From NCBI GenBank assembly GCA_963793305.1, contig CAWBZV010000002.1, positions 160,001 through 224,000 on the forward strand: a DNA stretch of 64,000 nucleotides, in the 5' to 3' direction. The translations under genes were made by a program, and so were the position numbers. This document shows, in pieces, positions 49,758 to 61,007 of this stretch (position 1 is its first letter; every line of letters begins with the position of its first letter). The stretch is from an uncultured Gemmatimonadales bacterium. GTDB taxonomy: Bacteria; Gemmatimonadota; Gemmatimonadetes; Gemmatimonadales; Gemmatimonadaceae. The notes beneath the pieces are model-generated. The model was not told the origin of the DNA. It searched no databases and saw only the letters and a list, made by a program, of their open reading frames with translations.

Positions 49758-51775
49758 TCCTGATCGGCGAGCTGTCGCTCTGGCTGGCGCTGATCGTCGC
49801 CGCCTGGACGACCATCGTGTCGTTCGCCGGCGGCGCGCTCCACCGCCCGGACCTGGCCAAGAGCGGAGCGCGCGCCCTGTATGCGACTTGGGCATTTATC
49901 GTACTGGCTTCGGTGGGATTGTGGGACGCGCTCGTCACGCACGATTTCAATCTCTCGTACGTGGCCGAGCACACCAGCGCGAACCTGCCGTTCGTCTACA
50001 CGCTGACCGCGTTCTGGGCCGGCCAGGCCGGCTCGATGCTCTTCTGGTGCCTGATCCTCACGACCTATAGCGCCATCGCGGTCTGGACCAACCGCGGACG
50101 AAATCAGGCGCTCATGCCCTACGTGACCGGCACGCTTGGCGCGATCACGCTGTTCTTCGTCGCCACAATGTGCTTCGGCGCGAGTCCCTTCGAGCGCCTC
50201 GACTGGACGCCGCCCGACGGCGCTGGGATGAATCCCCAGCTCCAAAATCCCGGCATGGCGATCCACCCACCGAACCTGTACCTCGGCTACGTCGCGACCG
50301 CGATCCCGTTCGCCTTCGCGATCGCCGCGCTGATTACGCGCCGGCTCGACGCCGAGTGGCTCAGCGCCGTGCGCCGGTGGTCGCTGGTGTCGTGGTTCTT
50401 CCTCACCGTCGGCATCACGCTCGGCATGTGGTGGGCCTACGTCGAGCTCGGCTGGGGTGGGTACTGGGCCTGGGATCCCGTCGAGAACGCGTCACTACTT
50501 CCGTGGCTCACGGGCACCGCGTTCTTGCACTCGATCATGGTCCAGGAGAAGCGGGGCATGCTCCGCAAATGGAACGTCGTGCTGGTCGTCTCGACGTTCT
50601 TGCTGGCGATTCTCGGCACGTTCATCACGCGAAGCGGCGTGATCTCGAGCGTCCACTCGTTTGCGCAGTCGCCGGTCGGCAATTGGTTCGCGGGGATGCT
50701 GATCGCTTGCGTCGCGGTAACGGCCTACTTGGTGGCGACTCGCCTCAAGGACTTGGAGTCCAAGGCCGAGCTGGAGAGCATGGTCAGCCGGGAAGCGGCA
50801 TTTCTCTACAACAATTTGTTGCTGGTCGGGATCGCGTTCTCGGTGCTGTGGGGCACGCTCTTCCCGATCCTGAGCGAGGCGGTGCGCGGCTCGAAGATCA
50901 CCGTCGGCCCGCCATTTTTTAACGCGGTCAACATCCCGCTCGGCCTTCTGTTGCTATTGCTGACGGGAATCGGCCCGTTGATCGCCTGGCGCCGGGCGTC
51001 CGTGGCAAACCTGAAACGCCAATTCGCATTCCCGACGTTCGCCGGCCTGGCGACACTGGCATTGCTCCTGGCGGCTGGGATGCGCGACGTGAATGCTGTC
51101 GTGTCGTACACGCTGGCGGGCTTCGTCGCCGGGACGATCGGCCAGGAGTTCTACAAGGGCATCGGCGCGCGACGTCGTATGCATGGTGAGTCGGTCGTCG
51201 CCGCATTTGTACGACTCGTGGCTCGTAACCGGCGCCGGTACGGCGGATATATCGTGCACGCCGGTGTCGTTATCCTGTTCTGCGCGTTCGCCGGCCTCGC
51301 GTTCAAGCGCGAGAACGATGTCACGCTGCACACGGGTCAGACGTACGAGACGACCGATCCGTATGGCCACCACTGGGCGTTCGTCAGCCAGGGGCTCTCG
51401 CAGTTCGACCAACTCAACCGTCACGTGGTCGCGATCACGCTCAAGCCCACGCGCGACGGCAAGCCGATGCCGCTCATCGAGAGCGAGAAGCGGCAGCATT
51501 TCGACAGCCGCGGCCAGGCGAGCTTCGAGCCATCGACCGCGGTCGGGATTCAGGAGGGGCTCGCCCAGGATGTCTACGTCGTGCTGGCCGGCGCGACGAA
51601 CGAGGACACGGCCGAGATTCGCATCACGTTCAACCCGCTCGTCTGGTGGGTGTGGTACGGCGGGATGATCATGGCGCTGGGTGGCCTCATCGTGATGTGG
51701 CCCCAGGCCGATCGGGCCCGCGCGAAGAGCGGCTATCGCACAGTCCTCGCTCCAGCGCACGCCGAGACCGGTTGA
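49754..51775 (+). CDS. ccmF: Cytochrome c heme lyase CcmF
   Basis: WAGQAGS, IHPP, WAYVELGWGGYWAWDPVEN and SVHSFA. Confidence 0.96.
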   Translation: MILIGELSLWLALIVAAWTTIVSFAGGALHRPDLAKSGARALYATWAFIVLASVGLWDALVTHDFNLSYVAEHTSANLPFVYTLTAFWAGQAGSMLFWCLILTTYSAIAVWTNRGRNQALMPYVTGTLGAITLFFVATMCFGASPFERLDWTPPDGAGMNPQLQNPGMAIHPPNLYLGYVATAIPFAFAIAALITRRLDAEWLSAVRRWSLVSWFFLTVGITLGMWWAYVELGWGGYWAWDPVENASLLPWLTGTAFLHSIMVQEKRGMLRKWNVVLVVSTFLLAILGTFITRSGVISSVHSFAQSPVGNWFAGMLIACVAVTAYLVATRLKDLESKAELESMVSREAAFLYNNLLLVGIAFSVLWGTLFPILSEAVRGSKITVGPPFFNAVNIPLGLLLLLLTGIGPLIAWRRASVANLKRQFAFPTFAGLATLALLLAAGMRDVNAVVSYTLAGFVAGTIGQEFYKGIGARRRMHGESVVAAFVRLVARNRRRYGGYIVHAGVVILFCAFAGLAFKRENDVTLHTGQTYETTDPYGHHWAFVSQGLSQFDQLNRHVVAITLKPTRDGKPMPLIESEKRQHFDSRGQASFEPSTAVGIQEGLAQDVYVVLAGATNEDTAEIRITFNPLVWWVWYGGMIMALGGLIVMWPQADRARAKSGYRTVLAPAHAETG

Positions 51776-52341
51776 TGGTCTCGCGGCGAGCGTTTCTGGC
51801 GACGATGGTGGGAGCTGTTGTCGCGCCGAAGGCTGGAGCGCAGCAAGGTCGACCGACGATGTCGGGCCCGATGGACGAGGCGACGTATCGCCCGATCTCG
51901 CGACCGCCGAAGGCGGGAGCGACGCCGTCGATGTCGAACGATGCGCGCGACGCACTGGAGCATCGCCTCCACTGCCAGTGCGGGTGCACGCTCGACGTCT
52001 ATACGTGCCGCACGACGGACTTCACGTGCCCGGTCTCCCCGCAGATGCACCGCGACGTGATGACCCTCGTCGCGGGCGGCTACACGGCCGACGAGATCCT
52101 GGCGACGTTCGTCGGCGCCTATGGCGATAAGGTCTTGATGGCGCCGCCGCGCCAAGGCTTCAACTGGGCAGGGTATCTCACTCCATCGATCGCGCTTCTC
52201 GCGGGCGCTGTGACCGTGGCCGTGATCATCATGCGCTGGCATGGGCGCCGTGCGCCGCAGGCGCCGAGCGAGTCCGTGTCGGTCGACGCGACGAGCGATG
52301 AGCTCAAGCGCCTGGAAGAGGCAGTGCGCCGGGACGATTGA
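51775..52341 (+). CDS. ccmH: CcmH/CcmL-like protein, Cys-rich, with twin-arginine-like signal
   Basis: SRRAFL; LHCQCGC...C...C; FVGAYGDKVLMAPP; C-terminal TM. Confidence 0.8.
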   Translation: MVSRRAFLATMVGAVVAPKAGAQQGRPTMSGPMDEATYRPISRPPKAGATPSMSNDARDALEHRLHCQCGCTLDVYTCRTTDFTCPVSPQMHRDVMTLVAGGYTADEILATFVGAYGDKVLMAPPRQGFNWAGYLTPSIALLAGAVTVAVIIMRWHGRRAPQAPSESVSVDATSDELKRLEEAVRRDD

Positions 52342-52811
52342 CCACCATGGCCGCCCTCGGTATTGGCACCGTCCTCGCGCTCGCCGCCGTCGCCTTCGTG
52401 CTGTATCCATTGCTCGTGACCGGCCGCCCGCAGGCGCGACGGGCCGAGGTTCCCGAAGAGACTCCAGGCTCGACGGCCGTCGAAGCGCTGCGCGAGATCG
52501 AGTTCGATCGCCAGACGGGCAAGCTCTCCGACGCCGACTATGCGTCGCTCAAGGCCAGTTATACCGAACGTGCATTGGCGGAGCTTCGTACTGAACCCGC
52601 GGCGGTTCCGGATCCGGTCGAGGCCCTCGTGCTGGGCTTTCGCGCGCAACGGCGGACTTGTGTCGAGCATGGCGCGCGTCCGGAGTCCGATGCCGCCTAC
52701 TGCAGCGAATGCGGTCGCTACCTCGCGGGCGCCTGCCCGACCTGTGGCGCCGCCATCACCGAGCCGGCCGCGCGATTCTGCGCCGGTTGTGGGAACGCGC
52801 TGGCGGCATGA
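52338..52811 (+). CDS. CcmI-N-like membrane protein with zinc ribbons
   Basis: TM, LREIEFDRQTGKLSDADY, CxxH and three CxxC; start 52338 or 52347. Confidence 0.75.
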   Translation: MTTMAALGIGTVLALAAVAFVLYPLLVTGRPQARRAEVPEETPGSTAVEALREIEFDRQTGKLSDADYASLKASYTERALAELRTEPAAVPDPVEALVLGFRAQRRTCVEHGARPESDAAYCSECGRYLAGACPTCGAAITEPAARFCAGCGNALAA

Positions 52812-55187
52812 GACAGGCGATCCGTCGTTTACTGAGCACCCCGGGATTCACGATCGCGGCGACGCTCATCATGGCGATCGCGATCGGCGCGACCGCGTCC
52901 GTGTTCGGACTCGTCGACGGCGTGCTGCTCAAAGCATTCCCATATCGCGAGGCGAGTCGGGTGCTCACGCTCTGGGAACGCAACCCGGCGATGCGCGTCC
53001 CAAAGGGTACGTTCTCCGTGCCGGACTATCTCGACCTCCGGGCGCAAAGCCATGTCTTCACGGATCTCGCCGCGGCGGAGGGAGAGTGGGAGGAAACCGT
53101 GACTGGCCAACAAGCGCCCGAGCGCGTGCTTGGCCAGGCAGTGACACCGAGCTACTTCTCGGTGCTCGGTCTCACGCCGGTGCTAGGGCGCGGCCTGTCG
53201 CAAGACTCGGCCGGCCCCGACGAAGTCGTGATCGGATATGGGTACTGGCAGCGGCGGTTTGGCGGTGCAACGTCAGTTCTCGGAAAGGCGCTGACGATCG
53301 ATGACCAACCGTTCACGATCGTCGGCGTGGCGCCGCCCGGTCTGCCGGGCGGGGTTGAGCTCTGGCCGCGGTGGCGATTCCCGAACGAGCTGCTGGCGCA
53401 TCGCGACGGGCACCTGATTGACGTATACGGCCGATTGGCGCCAGGTGTGACGCCGGAAGCCGCGCAACGGGAGCTGAACGTGATCGCGGGACGCCTGGCC
53501 ACGGCCTATCCGCAAACGAACACCGGCTGGTCGATCACCGCCGTCCCCCTGCCGGACCAGCTCGTGGGCGACGTCAGACCAGCCCTCACGATGGTACTCG
53601 CCGCGGCCGGGTGCGTGCTGCTCATCGGCGCGGCCAATCTCGCCAATCTCTTTCTCGTTCGAAATCTGTCACGTGAGCGTGAGCTTGCGGTTCGCACCGC
53701 GCTCGGCGCGACGCGCGGCCGCTTGGTGCGCGAGCTGATCGCCGAAGCGCTGGCGCTCGGCGTTGTCGCCGCGGCTCTTGGTGTTGGGTCGGCCGTTGCC
53801 GGCGTCCGCATCCTCCGCGCGCTAGCCCCGGCAACGCTACCGCGTATCGGCGACATCACCGTCGATGGCCGGGTCGTCGCATTCTGCGTGCTGACGACGA
53901 TCGCGACGGTGGTCATCTTCGGCGTGCTCCCGGCCTGGCACGCGTCGCGCGGCAATCCGGCCGACGCGATCAAGGAGGGCGCACGCGGTACTGGTTCGGC
54001 GCGCCATCATCGCGTACAGGACGCCCTCGTAGTGCTCCAGGTGGCGATGGCGCTCGTCCTGTTGACCGGCGCCGGGCTGCTCGTCGAGACCTTTGCGCGG
54101 TTTCAACGCTCCGATTTTGGCTACCGGCCGGATGGCGTGCTCACGGCGCGGGTCGCGCTCTCCGACCAGCGATATCCGACCGCCGAGCGTCAGACCACCT
54201 TTGCTACGCGACTCGCCGAGCAACTCGCCGCGCAGCCGGGGATCGTTGCGGCTAGCGCGAGCTCCGCGCTGCCCAGCAACCCCAACATGCGATGGATTTT
54301 CCAGATCATCGGGGACCCGACGCCCGATCCGGGCAGCAAGCCGAACGTGAGGATGTACTTCGTCAGCCCGGGTTACTACCGCACCATGGGGATCGCGCTC
54401 CTGCGCGGACGAAAACATCCTGCCATCCGACGACGACCGATCCGTCAGGGTCGCGGTCATCGATGAGCTCATGGCCCGCCGATTCTTCGCCGGTCGAGAC
54501 CCGATCGGCAAGCGGATCACGTTCGCCGGCATGCCGGACTCTGACACGCTCACGATCGTCGGCATAGCCGCCGCCATCCGCCAGGGCGGGCTCAAGGCCG
54601 ACGATGTGCCGCTCATGTATGCGTCGTATGCGCAGCTGCCTTTGGCGTTCGGCACGGTCTCGGTCTCGGTGCGGACCACCGGCGAGCCCGAAGCGCAGGC
54701 CGCCTTGATCCGGCGCACCGTTGCGGCGATCGACCCGCTCGCTCCCGTATCCGACATGAAGCCCATGGCCGCGCGCGTGGCCGAGTCGGTCGGCACGACG
54801 CGTTTCTCGACGTTTCTCGCGTCGCTGTTTGCGATGGTCGCGCTCGTCCTCGGGATGGTCGGGATCTACAGTGTCCTGGCCTACATCGTGAGCCAGCGTC
54901 GTCGCGAGATCGGTGTGCGACTCGCGCTGGGCGCCACGCACGCCCACGTGATTGGCGATGTGCTTCGCCGCGCCCTGACGCTGGCGGGATTCGGGATCGC
55001 GTGCGGCTCCATCGTGGCCTGGTGGCTGACGCGAGGGCTCGCTCGGCTGTTCGTCGGCGTCAACCCACATGACCCCACCATCTTCGCCGGCGCCGCGCTC
55101 ATGTTCACGCTCGTCGCCCTCGTGGCGGCCGCGATCCCGGCGTTCCGCTCGACGCGGGTCAGTCCAACCATAGCCCTGACAAGTTGA
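52808..55187 (+). CDS. Duplicated MacB/FtsX-type ABC permease (ADOP-like); frameshift near 54412
   Basis: PGFT...AIGAT, VLLIGAANLANL, RELAVRTALGA and RREIGVRLALGA. Confidence 0.9.
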
Positions 55188-55227
55188 GGCATTCCAACCA
55201 AATGGGGGTCGAGCGCCACGAATTGGT

Positions 55228-55828
55228 ATGCGCATACTCCTTTGGATGGCTCTGATCGTGCCGACCATCGCCGCGGCACAAGCACGTGACCAGGAAATCC
55301 GTCTCGCCAGGAGCGCCGCACCCGCGAACGTCTCGAAGGACGCCAAGGTGTACGTGCTCGACCACGACCACTATATCGTCGCCGACCCAGGGCACTCGAC
55401 CGAATCATGCCTGGTCGCTCGCCCCATGCTGCAGGCGTTCGCGCCAATGTGTGGGGACCCAGAGGCCAATGGGACGATCCTGGCGGTGGAGCGCTTTCGG
55501 TCCGTGGAGGTGCTGGCGGGCAAATCGCCGGAACGTCATCAAGCAGGAGATCGCCGCCGGGTTCAAATCGGGTCGCTTTCACGCGCCCAAGCGGCCGGCA
55601 TTGATCTTCATGATGTCGTCGGCCCAACTTCTCCCGAATCCGGATTTCACCAAAATCGGGAAGTTCCAGCCGCACCTCATGGTCTTCTACCCCGGCATGC
55701 ACAACGCCGATTACGGACTGGTCAACTCTAATGACAACAACGTGCCGGGTGTGATCGAAGCGGATTCGCCAATGTCAGCGATGATTGTGGTCATGCACGA
55801 CTGGGTGGATCCCGCGCCGACGCAGTGA
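55228..55828 (+). CDS. Exported hypothetical protein; frameshift near 55532
   Basis: Signal peptide, ARSAAP, PMC, and PHLMVFYP after correction. Confidence 0.7.
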
Positions 55829-56311
55829 CGGGCGGCGAGGACGCGTTTCGGGCGTTGTATCGGGCGCATACGCCGGCGCTCTACGCCCTGGCGTTGCGCC
55901 TCACGGGGAGTGACCAGAGCGAGGCTGAGGATCTCGTCCAGGAGACCTGGGTGCGTGCGACGCGCAGAGATGTCAGCGTTCAGAGGGGAGTCGGCGTTGC
56001 GCACGTGGCTCTGTGGCGTGTTGGTCAACGTCCGCCGCGAGCGCGTGCGGTCGGCGTGGCGGATGGTCGGCCCATTGGATGTCGAGCCCGCGACCCCGGC
56101 GAGGGACGACACGGCGTTCGACCTCGAGCGCGCGATCGCCGCGCTGCCGGACGGTGCGCGCGACATTTTCGTGCTCCACGATGTCTACGGCTACGCGCAT
56201 CGCGAGATCGCTGAGTTGCTCGGTGTCGTCGAAGGCACATCAAAAAGTCAGTTGGCGCGCGCTCGCATGCTCCTGCGCGCGTCGTTGAATCTGGACGAGG
56301 CTCGCCCATGA
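55825..56311 (+). CDS. ECF RNA polymerase sigma factor; frameshift near 55966
   Basis: AEDLVQETW, FRGESALRTW and EIAELLGVVEGTSKSQLARAR. Confidence 0.9.
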
Positions 56312-56787
56312 CCGAACTGCCTGACGACATCAGACGCGCGCTCGCCGAGTTGCCGCGGGAGCGGCAGCCCGATCCCGCGCTCGAGGACCGGGTGGTCGGC
56401 GCGGTGTTCCCACGCCGTCGCGGGTGGGCATGGGCTGGTGTGGCGGCCGCGGCGGCGGCGCTGCTGCTCATCGTGGTGCATCCCTGGTCGCGCCCCACTC
56501 CCACTGGTGACACGTACGCCCTGCTGTTGACGGTACCCTCGACGTACGTCTCTCCCGGGCCAGCTGAGCTCCACCGGCGAGAACACGAGTACGGACTCTG
56601 GGCCGACAGTCTCGCGGCGTTGGGAAAGCTCGACCTCGGCGGGAAGCTTGTCGGCACCGGGGAGTTGCCGGTCGACGGACTATTCATTGTCCGGGCGGCG
56701 AACGACGCCGACGCCGCGCGGATCGCCGCGACCTGCCCCCATTTCAAGTACGGGGGGGGCGTCGAAGTCCGGCGATTTGTCCAGTGA
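56308..56787 (+). CDS. Putative anti-sigma: TM helix fused to YCII-like domain
   Basis: ATGA-coupled to the ECF gene; TM; YALLL...GGKL...GLFIVRA...AARIAATCPH...GGVEVR. Confidence 0.7.
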   Translation: MTELPDDIRRALAELPRERQPDPALEDRVVGAVFPRRRGWAWAGVAAAAAALLLIVVHPWSRPTPTGDTYALLLTVPSTYVSPGPAELHRREHEYGLWADSLAALGKLDLGGKLVGTGELPVDGLFIVRAANDADAARIAATCPHFKYGGGVEVRRFVQ

Positions 56788-56800
56788 CGCGCTCGCTCCG

Positions 56801-58525
56801 CTAGCTGCGCTCGATGGCGGCGAGGCGGTGGAGCGCGATGCGGATCGGCAGCAGCGTCGATCCGACGCACAGCGCGCCGGCGAGGCCGAAGCCGATGATG
56901 AGATCGCGCATGTCGTTCGTGCTGTCGCGGTGGCCGCCGAGGATGGCCGTGGCCTGCTCGCTCACGTAGTTGTACACGGGGCGCGCCTCGGATCCGACGA
57001 CGGCGAGAATCAGCAGGACGGACACCATCATGAACACCAAGCCGCCAAACGAGGTCGGGATCTGCGCGGCGTTCTCGGTCTCGAACTGCGGGAAGATGGT
57101 CCCGAAGCAGAGGGCCAGGGCGGCGATCGCGAACGTTAGGAACGTGATCGTGAAGACCGATACGGCGAACACGAAATCGTTGACCTGCAAGAGCGTGTCG
57201 GTCACGCCGACGATCAACAAGGCCAGGATCAAGAGGGGCGCCGTCCCCACCCAGAACTTGGCCCAGAGGAGGTCGCCGATGTCGAGTGGGCTCGCGCGGA
57301 GAAGCCACCACGTGCGGCCTTCCAGGCTCACGCCGGGGAAGATGAACCGGCCGGCCACCGACGCGATCACGAATCCGGCGACCACCAGGTTGCAGAACGG
57401 GATCACGGTGCGCAGCAGATTCGTGACGCCGTCGGTCTTGAGGGGCAGGAACTTCACATTGAAGACGTAGACGACGATCAGCACCGCCAGGAGAATGAGC
57501 TGCGACCACTGGGTGCTGTCGCGGAAGAAGATGCGGAGCTCCTTGAGCACGAGCTCGCGCCGCAGCACGCCGAACGGCGCCAGTATGGTGCGCATGACGC
57601 GTGACAGGGTCCCGCTTTTGGCGAACTGCTTGCCGGACTCCTGCGCCTTCGTGAAGGCGATCGGATAGAGCCAGGCGTGCAATGCGGCACCAATGACGAA
57701 CAGCGCGGCGGCGGTCGACCAGAGCAGATAGAAGGGCAGAGGATCGGGCGTGCCCGTGAGCCACGACATCACGGCTTGCTGCATCCAATCGCTGGGTGAC
57801 CAGGGGGACTGGCTCCGCAGCACGGAGACGAAATCGACGAGGTTCTTGAACTCTTCCGGCCGCGCGAACCGCTCCGGCCGCATGACCCGGAACAGGACGA
57901 CCAACCCACCCGCGGCGAGGACCGCGATGACGCTCAGGATGTCCTTCGTGCGGCGTGCCGGAAAGACGTTCACCAGCAGCAGCGTGACGGCGCTGCCGAT
58001 GATGGCCGGCAGAACGATATACGGGAGAAACGCGCCGATCGCGATCAGCGGGAAGAGTGGGCCACCGTGAAAGACGACCCCGTACGTCGCCAGAATCGGC
58101 GCCGCCATCAAGGCGACCATCCAGCTTGAGTTGACGACCGTCTCGATCAGCTTGGCGATGTAGAAGCCGAGCCAGTCGACCGGCGCCCCGACCAGCATGT
58201 CGAGGTCGCGAGCCAGGAAGAAGGTCGATAAGGCGTTCACCACGTTCGAGAGGAGCAGGATCCCGACAAACCCGAGGAGCAGTATTCCGAGCAGCTTGCC
58301 GGCGACCAGTGGTCCGATCTCCGGCACGTGCTTGAAGTACGAAAGGATCCGGTACAAGACGCCGATGATCACGAACCAGAACAGGGCGCCGAGCACGCTC
58401 AAGGCAATGACCCGCCCGGTCCGCGCGCGGCCGCCGTTGCGTGAGCGGGCGCGCGCCGTGAGCCACTTCGGCGAGAGGAGGCGGACGGCGGTGCGGACCG
58501 CGCCCGGCTCAGCGATCGAGGACAC
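56801..58525 (-). CDS. Putative ABC exporter permease
   Basis: Many TM segments, KELRIFFRD and SLEG motifs; downstream of an ABC ATPase. Confidence 0.85.
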   Translation of the reverse strand: MSSIAEPGAVRTAVRLLSPKWLTARARSRNGGRARTGRVIALSVLGALFWFVIIGVLYRILSYFKHVPEIGPLVAGKLLGILLLGFVGILLLSNVVNALSTFFLARDLDMLVGAPVDWLGFYIAKLIETVVNSSWMVALMAAPILATYGVVFHGGPLFPLIAIGAFLPYIVLPAIIGSAVTLLLVNVFPARRTKDILSVIAVLAAGGLVVLFRVMRPERFARPEEFKNLVDFVSVLRSQSPWSPSDWMQQAVMSWLTGTPDPLPFYLLWSTAAALFVIGAALHAWLYPIAFTKAQESGKQFAKSGTLSRVMRTILAPFGVLRRELVLKELRIFFRDSTQWSQLILLAVLIVVYVFNVKFLPLKTDGVTNLLRTVIPFCNLVVAGFVIASVAGRFIFPGVSLEGRTWWLLRASPLDIGDLLWAKFWVGTAPLLILALLIVGVTDTLLQVNDFVFAVSVFTITFLTFAIAALALCFGTIFPQFETENAAQIPTSFGGLVFMMVSVLLILAVVGSEARPVYNYVSEQATAILGGHRDSTNDMRDLIIGFGLAGALCVGSTLLPIRIALHRLAAIERS

Positions 58526-59266
58526 CGAGCAACTCTTTCACGGCGTTGTCACCCGTCAGCCGCAAGAGATGTCTTCCAGCCCCGCGGCGCCGGCGACGGC
58601 GTCGGCCCGGAGCTCATCCATGGTCCCGCAGGCGCGAATCCGACCACCATTCATGATGGCGATACGGTCGCACATCGTCTCGGCGACTTCGAGCGTGTGC
58701 GTGGACATCATGATCGTGTGGCCGCGGCGCGTGTATTCGCGGAACAGCTGCTTGAGCGTCTTGGCGGCGCGCGGATCGAGACCGACGTGCGGCTCATCGA
58801 CGACGATGACATCCGGGCAATGGACAAAGGCCGACGAGATAATCAGCTTCTGCCGCATCCCGTGGCTGTAGCTCTCGACCAACTCGTCGCGCCAGTCCTC
58901 GAGATCGAACACGGCGAGCAGCTCACGCGCCCGCGTCTCGACGTCCGGGCCGCTCTGACCGAACAAGCCCGCGACGAATCGCAAGAACTCGGCGCCCGTG
59001 AGTTTTTCATAGATAAACGGCCGGTCGGGAATGAACCCGAGGACGCGCTTGGCGGCCGTCGGATCGGCCGTGACGTCGACGCCCGCGATGCGGACGGTTC
59101 CGGCCGTCGGCCGCAGAATGCCGGCGATCATGCGCAACGTCGTGGTCTTCCCGGCGCCGTTCGGTCCGAGGAACCCGAACAGCTCACCGCGCGGCACGAC
59201 GAGATCGACGTGATCGACGGCGGTGAAGGTGCCGTATTTCTTCGTGAGGGCAGCGAGTTCGATCAT
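58509..59266 (-). CDS. ABC transporter ATP-binding protein; frameshift near 58566
   Basis: GPNGAGKTT, YSHGMRQK, VDEP and STH; adding one base restores LEDIFLRLT. Confidence 0.93.
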
Positions 59267-60099
59267 TTGAAGCGGCGTCCTGGCCAGTTACGGTAGGCGA
59301 GCTCGTAGCACATGCGCCGGAACCGAAGCGCGCCGGCGCCGGCGAGCTCCACATCGGCGTCGACGATCCGTCCCTGCCCATCGACCCACGCCGACAGGGT
59401 CGGCGTCGCGAGCCGCCAGGCGCGAATGGTGTCGACCGTCGCGGCGCGCCAATGGCCCGCCGTGGAGTCGTACACGGCGCTGTCGGCGATCGAGAACAAG
59501 GACTCGGCGGCAATTTGGAACGTCACCGGCACGACGCGGCGGCCGGCAACGTCGGCGACTTTGAATGCGACGCGCGCGCCGACGTGCGGTTTCGTCTCGG
59601 TTCCCATACCCACGATCATGGGAATCGCGTCCGGCGCGAGGATCTCGGGGTCGGCGCGCTCAGTGTGCGACGACACCGTGGGAAACAGCGAGCGGAACGT
59701 GACCGTCGAGTCGGCGTTGACGTTGGCCGTCGCGTGATACCAGCCCGTGCTCGTGTCGATCGCCGCATCGAGCGACTCCACCACGAAGCGGCGGGACATT
59801 GTGGACTTGAAGGACACCGCCATCCGACGCGTCGAGTCGCGGCGCGCTTGGATGATCAGGTAGTCATCGAACTCCAGGCCGGTCGGTGTCGTATCGGCGC
59901 TCGAAGACGCAAAGCCGATTTGATGGCCGTCGCGTTCGACGAGGTAGTACGCGGGACCCGGGTTGAACCGGGTCGCGGCCTGCGTTCGCTCGCCGTCGAG
60001 TCCGGGCGGCTTGTGTTGGCGGTGAGCCAGTGTTGCCAGGCCGCCCGCCCACAGGAGCACCGCGGCACCCGCGGCCGCGCGTCGTGTCGTGTGGACCAT
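59263..60099 (-). CDS. Hypothetical exported/membrane-anchored protein
   Basis: N-terminal hydrophobic segment; ATGA-coupled to the ABC ATPase. Confidence 0.65.
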   Translation of the reverse strand: MVHTTRRAAAGAAVLLWAGGLATLAHRQHKPPGLDGERTQAATRFNPGPAYYLVERDGHQIGFASSSADTTPTGLEFDDYLIIQARRDSTRRMAVSFKSTMSRRFVVESLDAAIDTSTGWYHATANVNADSTVTFRSLFPTVSSHTERADPEILAPDAIPMIVGMGTETKPHVGARVAFKVADVAGRRVVPVTFQIAAESLFSIADSAVYDSTAGHWRAATVDTIRAWRLATPTLSAWVDGQGRIVDADVELAGAGALRFRRMCYELAYRNWPGRRFK

Positions 60100-60114
60100 A
60101 CCACACTACGACGA

Positions 60115-60498
60115 CTATCTCTTCTGCGCGTCTCTCGCTTTCTGGTAGGCGGCCGCTGCCTCTTGGGGACGACGCATGCGGTCGAGCACGATCCCGACGC
60201 CTTTGAGGGCCCGCCAATTGTCCGTCAGGAGCTGGGCCGCGGTCTCGAAGGCTGAGAGCGCCGCCGGCAGTTGGTCGGTGTGGTTGTACGCGTCGCCGAG
60301 ATAGTAGAACGCCTGCCCTTCACTCGGCGCGAGCTCCGTGGCCCGCCGAAGCGGCTCGATGGCGTCCTTCCATCGGGCTTTTCGGCAGAGCTGCATGCCA
60401 CGCTCGGTGAACGTCTCGGCGTCGACCGCTGCCTGTGTCGCGGCAGCGGCGCCATTTGTTTCTGGGGCGGGAGTTTCCGGAGATTCTGATTCGGTCAT
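60115..60498 (-). CDS. Tetratricopeptide repeat protein
   Basis: About three TPR repeats (AFYYLGDAY, ALKGVGIVL). Confidence 0.85.
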   Translation of the reverse strand: MTESESPETPAPETNGAAAATQAAVDAETFTERGMQLCRKARWKDAIEPLRRATELAPSEGQAFYYLGDAYNHTDQLPAALSAFETAAQLLTDNWRALKGVGIVLDRMRRPQEAAAAYQKARDAQKR

Positions 60499-60836
60499 GT
60501 TTCGCGTCCGATCCAGCCGAGATACTGCTCCATTCCGGCGCTCACGGGAAGTGCCAGGAGCTCCGGTACTTTATATGGGTGAAGCTCGGCAAAGGCCGAT
60601 TCCAGTGCGGCCACACGTTCGCTTCGCGTCTTGAGCAGCACAACCACCTCGGGTTCATCCGCCACACGGTCTTCCCACCGATACAAAGATCGCGCGCCCG
60701 GCAGCAGCGTGCCGCACGCGATCAACCGGCGTTCGAGTAGCGCCCGAACTAGTGTCATGGCCTCGTCTTCGCTCGTTACCGTCGTGAGCACGACAACCGC
60801 GTCGGTTATCACAGGGATGACGACCCTCGCTTGCAT
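60495..60836 (-). CDS. cutA: Divalent-cation tolerance protein CutA
   Basis: LLERRLIAC, SLYRW and HPYKVPE; start uncertain. Confidence 0.92.
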   Translation of the reverse strand: MQARVVIPVITDAVVVLTTVTSEDEAMTLVRALLERRLIACGTLLPGARSLYRWEDRVADEPEVVVLLKTRSERVAALESAFAELHPYKVPELLALPVSAGMEQYLGWIGRET

Positions 60837-61007
60837 CGCGCCACGGATTGGCGCGAGCTTACTAATCTCGCGCAAGTCCGTTCTCGTTGCGAGCGCCGTG
60901 GTTCTCTTCGGTCTAGGCCAGCGTCAGTTCAGAGAGGTATCGTGGTCGGCACTTCCCAGGTCTCCCGATGCGTGTTCGGCGTTCGGGGGCGATAAACCAG
61001 CGCAGAC

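Noticed and set aside
56025..58466. 813-aa Arg-rich ORF and similar long overlapping ORFs (31706-33178, 35515-37005, 8757-10208)
   Set aside because: Shadow frames of real genes in high-GC DNA with no recognisable motifs
60840..61007. tRNA at the island boundary
   Set aside because: No cloverleaf, T-loop GTTCRA in a stem, or CCA end could be built
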